NCBI GenBank assembly: GCA_018398765.1
Contig: JAHBMJ010000288.1
Location: forward strand, 1 to 64,000
From: Chromera velia
Lineage: Eukaryota
Length of the DNA: 64,000 nt
Direction of reading: 5' to 3'
The notes beneath the pieces are model-generated. The model did not search any database, was not told where the DNA came from, and saw only the letters and a list, made by a program, of their open reading frames with translations. Below, in pieces: positions 18,332 through 29,940 of this stretch. The number at the start of each line of letters is the position of its first letter. Position 1 is the first letter of the stretch. The position numbers and the translations under genes were made by a program.

Positions 18332-19014
18332 GTTACGGTTTTTCCGTAACTTGGCGCCTTCGGCGCCAATTTTTTAGATAGAGGGGGTAAAATGCCTATG
18401 TCACGGGGTGGGGGGGGGGGCGTGCCAGGCCTTGGCTCCGCGTGGCAGCACGGCCTTCGGCCGTACCAGCCACCAAAACAGCTCCGCGAGAACACGGGGG
18501 GGGTCCCCCGTACCCGCCCGTACCAGGCTATACTGGTCACGTCATATCGCTGCTATGGTCTTCAAGATGTAAAAGATCTCAAAAACTAATGAAAAAAAAA
18601 GTTTTTGTTTGTTAAAACACTTTTTAAAAACAAAACCAAAACATTTTTGATCATTTTGATGTCAAAAACCCTTTTTTTTTACCAAAGTTGAATCTTAGTT
18701 GATGCTCCATGCTACAAATCAGAGCTTGATTCCTCCGTTTGCTGGCACGCCCCCCCCCCGTGCTTTTCAATCGTTTTGAGCTCCGCGTAGCACGGCCCGC
18801 GGGGGGCCGTGCCACGCCNNNNNNNNNNNNNNNNNNNNNNNNNNNNNNNNNNNNNNNNNNNNNNNNNNNNNNNNNNNNNNNNNNNNNNNNNNNNNNNNNN
18901 NNNNNNNNNNNNNNNNNNNNNNNNNNNNNNNNNNNNNNNNNNNNNNNNNNNNNNNNNNNNNNNNNNNNNNNGCTAAGTTTACCCCCCTATTTTTTTAGTA
19001 CGGAAAAACCATAA
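18332..19014. repeat. Hairpin/inverted-repeat (foldback or MITE-like) block around an assembly gap (N 18819-18971)
   Basis: Hairpins gttacgg-ttttt-ccgtaac, ttggcgcc-ttc-ggcgccaa, acggcc-ttc-ggccgt and gcacggccc-gcgg-gggccgtgc. Inverted pairs 18402-18428/18742-18762 and 18333-18392/18978-19014. Confidence 0.65.
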
Positions 19015-19849
19015 TTCGGGCGTTGTTGGGCCAACATAGGGCCCCAGCGTAGAAATCTCGTACGGTTCTTTATGTAGTGGATCTTGCTTGCATGTAATTC
19101 AATCATTCAATCATCTATTCAATCATATGCATGCATGCTTGTACAAGCAAATGATTGCATTAACTCCAAGAGGGACCAAGACTGGTATAAGGGAAGGGAG
19201 AGGGGTGGAAAGGGCTTGTAGGATCTTGTATGCAGCGTCAATCTTTTGTATTATTTTGTCAAACTTTTAGATCTAAAGGTAGCTATAGACGCCAAAATTT
19301 AAAACAAGTTTTAAACAGATTGAATTCAATCATTTTCCTGGTATTTGATATCCGTAACTGAATAATCGTATATGTTAGGTTATTATCAGTAGGTTGCATT
19401 ACTGTTTTGCCGTATTCACCATTTTTAAGCTTCAGTTACTAAAAAAATGTAACTTAGCGGCCTAATGGCCGCCTCATTACTATTCTAGAGCCGTTATATA
19501 CCATGCTTACAGGAGAAAAGATCGAGCGACAGTTTTAGGTCTCCTCTGTGGAGGAGAGGATACAACTCGAGAGGGTAAGACTTCAAAAGCAGGTACGAGC
19601 TCAGCCCTCTTGTGGAGTTTATTCTCGTATGTAACCATATTTTTGTGCTATGGCAAGGGTTGGATCCTGTAAACTCTTGACTAATTTAGTGAAGCCTCTC
19701 TCTCCCACTCATCGCGCTGAAACTGTCTCCGCCAGGCTCTGCTCGGCCTTTCGTCAAGCTGCTTGGACAAACCAGAAGATGTATTTTGATTGTTTGCTTT
19801 TCCGTTTGCGCTGTAGTGTGTCCATCTTTTTTTCACTCTTTCAAGTGGA

Positions 19850-19864
19850 CTCTCTCTCTCTTTC

Positions 19865-19955
<91 letters not shown>

Positions 19956-20075
19956 GTGACACTGTATGTGTGTGTATGGTGGTGTCTTCCTTCCCGTGTT
20001 CCGTTTTTTCTTCTTCTTCTTATTTTTCTTCTTCTTCTTCTTCTTTCTTCTTCTTCTTCTTCTTCTGTTTCTTAT

Positions 20076-20118
<43 letters not shown>

Positions 20119-20143
20119 CTCATTCTTTCTTTCTTTCTCTCAT

Positions 20144-20179
<36 letters not shown>

Positions 20180-20183
20180 TTTT

Positions 20184-20225
<42 letters not shown>

Positions 20226-20325
20226 TTCTTTTCTTCCCTCCTTCCTTCCTTCCTTCTTTCCTTCCTTCCTTTTGTTTTCCCTTCCTTCCTTTTTCCTTCC
20301 CTCCTCTTTCCTTCCTTTCTTCCTT
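19850..20325. repeat. Compound (CT)n/(GT)n/(CTT)n/(CTTT)n simple repeats
   Basis: Directly visible. Confidence 0.9.
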
Positions 20326-21263
20326 ACAAAAAGAAAAAGAAATGTATTTGTCGTGCAGATCGATGGGCAACAACCATTGGGACAAAATTTAATACGTCAC
20401 TGCATACATGACGAGAGGCTTCGGGGGATTTCGGGAGCTTCCGGGGGATTTTGGGGCTCTTTGGGATAGGTAAAATTTTGGGGGGCTTTTCGGGGTTTTT
20501 CTGGGAAAAAGATCTTCCGAAGAGCCCTCAACAGTCCTGAAATACTGAGATCAAAAACAATAAAATTTATTAACAAATATTTATACATTTGCAATTTTAC
20601 ATTAATTTATAAAGTAAAAATTTGTAGAAGGACTTATAAACGAATACATGAAAAAAAAAATGCTATAGGATTAGGATTAGGATTTATGTTCCGAGTTCCC
20701 CCGCGCGGTCCACTACCAAGGGTAGGCGTACAGTGTTATAAATCATTGAACATAAAATAAATATAGTATAAACCTTGATTGAGTGATTGATTCAAGTTGA
20801 CTGATTGATAGGTTCCGCACTAGGCTTTCTCGCTGTATCCATCTCTTACCGGAAGTGCAGATATAGACATTTAAAAAACCTCATTTGAAAACATCTTTCC
20901 AATTAATAATAATAATTAAACCATCATTGGACAGATCGAACCAATTAGTAAAACGATTTTGAAATAAAAAAATATATATAAAATGTTAGAGCCTTAGAGG
21001 TAGGTTGAGAGTCTACTTTGAAATTAAAAGGAGCATGTTCACTAGCGCATTTTTAGCTACATTTTTATATTTTAGTAAATTATAAAAATATAGTAATTGA
21101 TGATACAATACTCGATATAATAGAGAATCGATATAAATATATCTACACATGCATCTAAAAATGCATACAACTTCGTATTTTGAAGACGACACGCTTTAAA
21201 TATTGCTGATTTGAGGACGGCAGGCTTTAAATATTGCTGCCCACGGCTGCCCAGGTCGGCCAG

Positions 21264-24200
21264 TTAGGCGACACGACCATTTCTCCCCTTCTTCCGAGAT
21301 CCGTGCCGGCAAAGGTTATGCACAGGTACCCCGGGACGAGAAGCAGTCTCTTGAAGCTTGCCGGTCGACACCAAGAAGGCGACTCGCTGCATGCAAGACC
21401 GCAGATGCATGCATTCGGGCGGATGGACAGAAGCAGTACGGAAGTCGACGGACACAGAGAGAGAAAGAAAAAGAGTCAACACACGCACACACACATACAC
21501 ACACACACACGCATACACATACGCACTCACTGAGTCACACACACACGATACAGCTATGCACACGTACGCATACGCAGAGAGTTTTGCAGAGAAATTGGTG
21601 GGGGAGAGAAAGGCCGACAAGAAGAATGAGAGGAGCGGACGCGTACAAGGGAAAAGGAAAACAAATCAGACACAGAAATGAAGCGGAAGTCAACAAGACA
21701 AGAGGTTGAAGCGTACAAGACCAGGGAGAAACAAGGAGGCTGAGCAAAGCAAAGCTAGAACGGGGGGAAGAATGAGGCTTGCTGGGAGAACAAGACAAAA
21801 CAGACAGACCGACTCACGTCAATGTTTTCCTCTGTGCTGGGAGGTCTCCAGTTGAGTCCCTTGTTGAACCCCGACCGTCGGCTGGGCCCTGTCCATCCCC
21901 GGCTACACGTCTGCTCCAGGTCGCTCGGTGGGACCACATAGGAGCCTTCCAGAGGCAGCTGCAGTCCTGTCTGTGCCTGTTTCCTGGCGAGACTTGAGAG
22001 GGACATAAAGGGAGCTCTGTGAGATGAACCAAGGGGGGCTGCTCCTTCTTGCATGACTTTCTTCACTGTCGAGGTGCGCGTTTGTTTGGCTGCGTTGTCT
22101 CCCGTGAATCGGGAGGGGGCACCTGAGAGGAGAGTGCCCTCCACGCTCTCTTTGGCTGTTGTTTTGGGAGGAGGCATCTCGGCAGCCAGTCGTGCGGGAA
22201 GGTCGGGGCTGTACTGATCGCTTGTGAGGAAAGGATACGACACGACTGTCTTGGGAGGGGGCATTTCACTCTGTACGCGTCTGAGGGGCACGAGGTCTCG
22301 AAGTGCTAACTCCTTTTGCATGTCCTCATAAGGAGACCCGGGGGTGCGGAACAAATCCACAACAGCTGCAGCCGTCTCCCCTCGAGCTTCTGAGAGACGA
22401 TCGGCAGCTCGGAGGGCTCTGCGGGCAGGTCCGGGGATGAGGAAGTGTGTGGGTTTACCCCTCCCTGCTTTGTTGCTTGCAGCTGGGATGAAGGTCCCCT
22501 CTGCTGAGGAGCCTTCTTGTGAAAAGGAAGTGGCGGGACGAGCACCTGAACTTTTGTCTTTGACAATGCCGAGAGCTTGTTGCGCATCTTGGCGCCGCAC
22601 CTGCCAGTCTCTCTTTTCATCAGCTGCAGAGAAGCCGCGAGGGGCTGCTCTCATATTTGAACTTTCTTCAAGAGGACTCGGCTTGTACGGGAGGGTGGAG
22701 GGAAATGGGGAGACGGTGAAAGTTGGATCTTTGCTCAAATCGGGATTGCCTCCTTCGCGTCTCCGTCTCTCCGCTTCTTCTTCCAATAACATTTTGGGGT
22801 TATTAGATCGGAATGGCGTGGCTGCCTTGGGATGTAGAGCATCCAGTCGTCTGAAGGGGACGTTTCTCTGAGGCTCAGGAGAGCCCTCCCACCCTTCATC
22901 TTCCGTCTCGCCCTGTCCCCCCTCCACCCCCCCCTGCGGATAGAGTGCCGTCATCACTCGGGTGTACTCCAGCCACTCGGGAGGAAAGACACCCCCAGTG
23001 GGGATTGAGGAGGAGGAAGGGGGAGAGGCAGACAGAACACCCACAGTCTCTGAAGATCCTCCAACCTTCTTTAAAGCGTCGGACACTCGTCGGAGAGTTC
23101 TGCTAGCGCTCCGTGCCAGCATCTTGAAACCGCCCATGACAGCTGCAAGCGACAAGACGGAAGAAACGCAGATGGGGGACTGAGAAGAGAAGACAAGAGA
23201 AGAGAAGAGAAGAGAAGACCTCTTTCAAGAAAACAAGAGAGGGCATTCTGAAAACACGAAGGTGCTTTTTGAAGCATGGCGTGTCTGTAACACTGCCCGA
23301 TACATTCAAATGTTAATTCTGTCAAGCAGAACAGGTAAAGCCTTTCGATCACAAGATACGGCTAGCGAGAAAAAAATTGACTGACTGACTGACTTTCGTT
23401 GGACCTTCCGGCATCTCCTGCCCTTTTCCCTCCTTTTTTGCCCCCTAGTCTTCTCGTCTTCCCTTCTTTGCCCGCCGCTCTCCTCTCTGCCTCAGCTGCC
23501 GCCAAGACGAGAAGTTGTTGGATCCCCCCACAGGCTTCTATCTTTTCGGCTTGGCTCTGTATGCTCACGGTGTCTCCTGGAAGCATCCACCTGTATACAT
23601 GCAGAGGAGGACAGAGAGAGAAAGGGAAAAACCGAGGAGGGAGTGGGGATCCTCTTTGAGGGCGCTTCACGAGAAGCTAGGCAGGCTGATTGATTTCTTT
23701 TGCTACCCAAGATGAATGGCATTCCCATTGGGTGAATATGCCATGCTTTGAGATAAGCAGAGGGCTTCTTCCAGGGGAAAGGGAAAATTTTTAGGCAGAG
23801 GCGGAAGGTGAAGCTAACGAGAAGATCAACAACCATTCATTTTCCTCGGAGTGGCTGCTCATGACTATGTGTCTGTGTGCTGGCGGAGAGAAATAGAGAC
23901 TGCGGAAGACGGAAGAGTAGAGAGAGAGATGGGTACCTAGACTGACCGCAGGTCTACACCCAACGGTGACAGCACCTTTTCTGGCGAAGAAGCCGGGGTC
24001 TTATTTCTTGGTGAGGTGAATCCCTTGAAGCTGACGTCTGACGGTGGGCCTCCGTCGAGACTCATCTCTCCGGACCCGTGCACGTCTCTGTCCTCCCCCT
24101 CACTGGTGCTCTCATTGAGGGAACTGGAGCTGCCAACAGAGGATAATCTGGAAGGGGACGTGCCTCCTTCCCGACTGCGGCTCTTGTCCTGCTGACTCCA

Positions 24201-27200
24201 GGTGAGCTTCTTCCGTCGTAGCGAATTGGAATGTCCTTCATCTGAGTCTTCGGATTCTGAGAGGCCAATGAAACTCGGCTTTTCGGGGTCACTGTCGATT
24301 CTAGAATGTGAAGCGTCCACCCTTTTCTTCTTGCCGCTTAATTTGGAATCTCCATCCCCCTCCTGATGCCGTGCGTCGTTCGCGCTGCATTCCAGCCAGA
24401 AGGCAAAGAAACCGTCCACCACGGCAATCAGCTCGTCCAGCTCGAGACGGCCGTCTCCGTGCAGATCCAGAATAGGAAAGAGACGGGCAGCCAGGGGACG
24501 TCCCTTGCGGTCCTTCGAAAGTCCGACCGTCTTCAGCGCCTGGCCCAGAGACTGCATACAAATCACAGAGAGACATGCAAATGAACATACATGCACAAAA
24601 ACATCTGTCCATCTCAGCACGAATACGATGCTCTTTGTAAAGACTGAACGCCCTCGTGAAAGGTCCATGCCGAGCTTTCGAGTGTTTGACCATGTTCACA
24701 TCTCCTCTATAACTCTCCTGTTCCCTCCCTCCTTCACTCACTCCCTCACTCACCCACCTGCACTGTAAAGCTTCTGCTCCTCCCAACATCCAAAGCATCA
24801 AAGGCCCTCACCAGAGACCCGAACGAGTTCATCAGCACTTTCCTCAACACGAGCACGTACAGAAGGTCGCGCTTCAGGGCACGGTCACTCATCACGTACT
24901 CTCCATCTTTCCGACGCGTGCACGCACGTCCGAGACTCTCTCGGAGTTCATCCGTGACGACTAGTCTCTTCAGTTCACCCCTCGACCCTAGAGACCCGCC
25001 TGCCTCCTCCACCAACTCACGGAGAGAAGGTTTCAACACACCTTGGTCGGACCCCTTTCGTCTTTTGTCCCTCCCCTTCTCTTCCTGTTCTCTCGGACTC
25101 TGCGTGTGGCCCTCTGTGGGCCCGTCGCCCTCTTCGCTTTGTCGTCTTGACTTGTGTCGAGAGGGAGATGACGATTTTCCCTCCACTGGAACATGCAGGG
25201 AGCCGGACCCTTGGTGAGTGTCGGAGGAACGATTTTCTTTGAGTCCTGTCTGGTTGCCGCTACTGCTGCTGCTGCTGCTATTTGAAGCAAAAGGACCCTG
25301 AGAGACGGACATGTCCACCCGTATGGACCCACAACCCGCTTCTGCTGTTGCACGAGCAGCAGGCAGGGGAGAGGGAGGCGACGAGGGACTCACAGAGAGG
25401 CCGTCAAACTGCACCCCATCGCTCGCAACATCAGGAGAATCTGGAGACCCCCGTGCAGTCGGAGACAGAGAAGGGCTTTCTAATGTGCGAGCAGAGGGGG
25501 GAGGCAGGAGACGGTCCTGCGGCTTTGGCCTCACCAGCCCTCCTGCAGCTGTCACCGCTCTCTGTGGTTTCTTTGGAGATCCTGAGGGGGAGTTGAGACG
25601 GAATTGGGGTCCCTGCTGGGATGGAGACGGGGGGGGGTACACCCTCAGATGTTGTGCCTGTTTTTCTAATGTTGCAACAGCTTTGGGAGAAAGGGGGGTT
25701 CCTGTGAAGAGCGAGACCTGAGTAGTCCGTGGGCGTGTGAGGTCTGCATCCATCAGAACTTCTCCTAAAGGGTCTAGAGAACCTGGGTGGCATTTGGGTC
25801 CTTCCGGTAGTTTGATGGGAATACCCACAGCATTGGATTGGCCCGGCATACCCTGACCTTCGAATGCAGAGTGCTGCATGAACCGTTCGCTCAGAGCGCT
25901 TTGGGACAGTCCGCCTGTCTGCCTCTCTTCCTGGTGCTGGGCAGAAGGAGGCGGCTGCAAGGTGTGTTTGAGAAGAATGTCTATGGCCTTTCTCATCGGT
26001 GCCACACGATTCTCGGGGTTCTCTCCTTCCTTGGGAGGCTCTAGAGTGACCACCTCAGGGGACATCCCTCCGCCCCCCTCTAGTGCACCTCCAGCCGATT
26101 TCCCCCCCCCTCCTTCCTCCTCCTCTAGTTCCTGCTCCGATGTGTGGGGGCCGCTGAAGGGGGGGAACGGAAAGGGACGGAAGCCATACTGCTCAAACAT
26201 CTGCAGACAGACAGACAGACAGACAGGTAAACAGATGAGAAGGCAGGTCAAGATATCGACAAACAGGTCAAAAAAGAGAAAGATGACCAGACAAACAGGC
26301 GGAGAAACACAGAGAAGGAGGATACCCGTACTGTTTCAGAGAGACGCGACCAAAAACAAATACATCCCACTACAGAAAGAGCCCACCCACCCACCCACCC
26401 GGGTGTATCTCTTCACCATATCCGCCTCGTTGTCAAGACCACACGCATCTGTGTCTCCACAGGCGGCCGAGGACCCCGCACCTCCACCTTGAAGGTGGAT
26501 AATGTCCCCGGAGCTCATGTTGAACGCCGCAGAGGGAGAGACCTGCACTTGAATGTTTGGATGAATCATGCAGCCTGTGCGTTTTACAGACATCTCTAGA
26601 ATTTGCACGTGTGTGCCAGCACTTGCACAGATAAAGACTAAGGTCGAATCCTGATGGAAATACCCAAGAAATGAGAGTCTCAGCCTCTAAAAACAAATGT
26701 TCAAATCTGGCCGAATAAAGAAAGGAAGAAAAAGGAAGGGAGATATTTTGTACTACGCCTCTAGCTGATCGACCCACCCATTTGTATATGCACTCGCTGC
26801 CTCCTGGGCTTCTCTTGAGTGCCTGCCCCGAGAGACGTTCCCAGAGTTTGCCCAGAGTTTCCCTGTCCATCCGAATAAAGGGAAAGTCAGGGTCAACTTC
26901 GGTCCTTCTGGACGTGGCGCTCTCTGCCAACTGCCGTCGCACAACATCGATGACTCCCGACTGAACACCCGAGGTGCTCGTAGTGTTATTTTGGTCTTTG
27001 TGGATTCTGCCAATCAATCTGACGTCATGGAAGGGCGACAGAGCATGTTCGATCGCCCCGTATTCTTGGTTGAATGCGATAATTGAGCCATTGCCGATCT
27101 GACCGGAGGACAAGGCCGAAGACATCAGAGGGGACGGGCAGGAGAAAATATTTCGGTGCACCCATACATACTCCCTCAGCTCTCTCTGGTCAACCTCCCC

Positions 27201-29877
27201 GTCCCCCCTCTCGAACCCCACAGTGTCAAGCCGGCGTTCCGACAAGAAGGTCAAACTGCGGGTCTGTTGGAGGCCCATCATGGGATTGTTCTCGCAGGCC
27301 GCCAGGGGCTCCGCATCGAACGAACGAGACGGAGCAGGTTGGGTGGAACGTAAACGGGATACGAGGGTCAGACAGTCGGGGGTGACTCCTGGTGGGGAGA
27401 CTGGGGGTTCTCCTACGTCACAAGTGCTTCTCTGCTCTGGACCCTGTGCGAGGCCGTCGGGGGCCTGTCTACTCGAGACCACAGATTGGTCTGCTGTCGG
27501 GAGTCTAGGCTTCATCCCATGAAGAATCCCCGCACCCTTCGTCTCTCTCATGCCGCTCTGAATGTGTATCCTCGCTCCTCCTGCTTGTCCTCCTCGGTCG
27601 GTCTCTACCTCCACCTCTGGGCGCTCTGTTGGTTCCTCTAGGAAGTCTCCACCCACACCCTGCAGGTCTTGCAATGGCATTCCGGCCTCGTCCCGGTTCC
27701 CCCCCAAACCCTCACCATATGCAAGCCCCCCCATGCCACTGCCGTGCTGAGACCCCCCAGGCGTGTTCCTTCCCCCAAGAGCAGCAGCGGTCTGCGCACG
27801 CTCTGCTTTCGCTTTCAGTCTCAGGTTGGTCTTTGCAAATGATTTGGGTCTGGTGCCTAGTTCAAAGTTCTCCCTCAAATACCTGTCCAGAGGCTGCTCT
27901 AAGGGCTTCGTGGGGGGGGGGGAGTTGCCAAAGACTCGCTCTTCCACAAGCCGATCCATCTGGTGCCATACCTGCAGGGCAGGAGAGAAGGAAGGAAGAA
28001 AAGGCGAATCAAGGGACGTGGAGGAAAAGAGGACATAGACCTTCCAAAGCGGAAGGAGACACAAGAAAGGGGAGATCGATGGGGAATGATGATCACTGAA
28101 GCCGATGGAGCCAAGTGACTCCTTTTCCGATCATGATCAAGCACCTGAAAAAAAAGAAAGACTGACAAAAAAGACGCAGAATCCTGACGGACCTCGTTAT
28201 GCCTCCGCAGGCAGCTCATGTTGGAGTGTGAGATGAACTGAGCAATTCCGTGAGGGACCAAGCTCTGCGAGGTGATCAGAGAGGGAGGGGGAGCAACCGA
28301 CTGCGGTAGTCCTGCCTTGCCTGCCGAGTTAAACTTTGAGTAGGACTGGTCGTCTTCCAAAAACATTCCTTTCCACAGGGCTTCTGTCAAAGCTGCAACC
28401 TGCTCACTCTTCTTCTGTCCGGCCGCGTCTGTCACGTCGGCCTTGGTGTTGAGAAACTCGGCGTACTTCTCTGCGTAGCCCTTCAAAGAGCTCACGTACT
28501 GAGCCTGCACACAGGTGAACATTCAGTGAGGGGCGATGAATCAGATCCTTCGTGCGGTGCCATCAGTCTGGAGAGAGATGAGTCATGCATGCAGAAGCTG
28601 AACGTCAGAAGACGCGAAGGAAAGAGTCCTACTCGGATGCGCATCTTGCTTTCATTCAAATACCCCGTCGAGTTTGTTCAAAAACTTCAGGTCACAAACT
28701 CTATACATGCTGCATTCTGTTGAGTCTCCTTTTACCCTCATTGGGGGGGGGGATTTCGATCTGATCTTGTCATGAATTTTGAATGAAACGAAAAACAAAA
28801 TTTTGTTTGACCCCACCTTGAGGAGATCCTGGTATTGTTTTACAAAGTGGCGCTTCAGGTTGCGTGCCGAAAGTTCGTAGACAATTACATGCTGCGAGCT
28901 TGCAACCGCTGTGTATCCAAAGAGCCGTCTGTTTCTTTCTTCTGTTGCGTTTTTGGCTTTCCTCAGAGGATCAAAAAAAGCCGAGGGGGTCGAGAGCGGG
29001 TCCTCCTTCTCTGTCTTCTCGGCAGAGGAGCCTTTCGACTCCTTGATGGCCAAATTCTCAAACGCGTTCGTGAACAGATAGCGCAGACCCAGCCAGGTAC
29101 CTGAAGAAACGAAGGAGCGAAGAGTTTACAAGAGAAGGAAGTCAAATATGCGCACCTACACGTATGCCCTCTTCTTAACTTCACAGAGGAGACCGAATCT
29201 CCATCTTTCTGGTTCAGAGGATTTCAGCAGAAAGCCAAAGCTTTTCAGTTGGCCGGTCCACGGACTCGCTGACCTTTCGCAGCCTGCGCAAACACTGGAG
29301 TAGGCATGCTGGACACCGCCAGAGGGTCCCTCCCGTCGTCCATATCGTCCGGCACCCGTCTCTGCAGCTCCACCGCTCCCTTGGACACGATCATGAAGCT
29401 GCCCTTCCCCTGAGACCCCAAAATACTCGGCCCGTCTACCACGGCGGCCTTTCCCTCTGTTGTCTCTATCACTTCGCCTCTTGGAATCCGCACTGCCTGA
29501 AGGAACTGGGCGTAGAACCTCAACCTGCCTGCGGGTGCTTTGGCGAATTTAGGGAAGTGTTGTCTGATGAACTGGGCCTTTGTGTAGGGGTCCTCGGGGT
29601 CGGAGAACTCGTCTGAGATCAGCAGAGCATGGATCGCCGCGGGGGTGAGAACTGCAACCGTCACCTTTGAGAGCTGCAAACACCAAGGAGAAGAGAGACA
29701 CCAAAACGTTGTACAAAAGAGAAAGAAAAACTGGATGCATGGACAAATCAATGTTTCTCAGGGACAGATTTAAGGGGGGAAAAAAAGAGAACAACACGCA
29801 CGGTTGCTTAGAAAATGACATATTCTTCCCTTTCTCTTCCTTCCAAGTCCACAAATGAGCCATAGAGCAGACGCACG

Positions 29878-29940
<63 letters not shown>

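Noticed and set aside
19457..19488. Helitron-like 3' end (gcggcc-taat-ggccgc hairpin, 12 nt, CTAG)
   Set aside because: It is followed by A rather than T, and no 5' TC end or Rep/helicase remnant could be identified.
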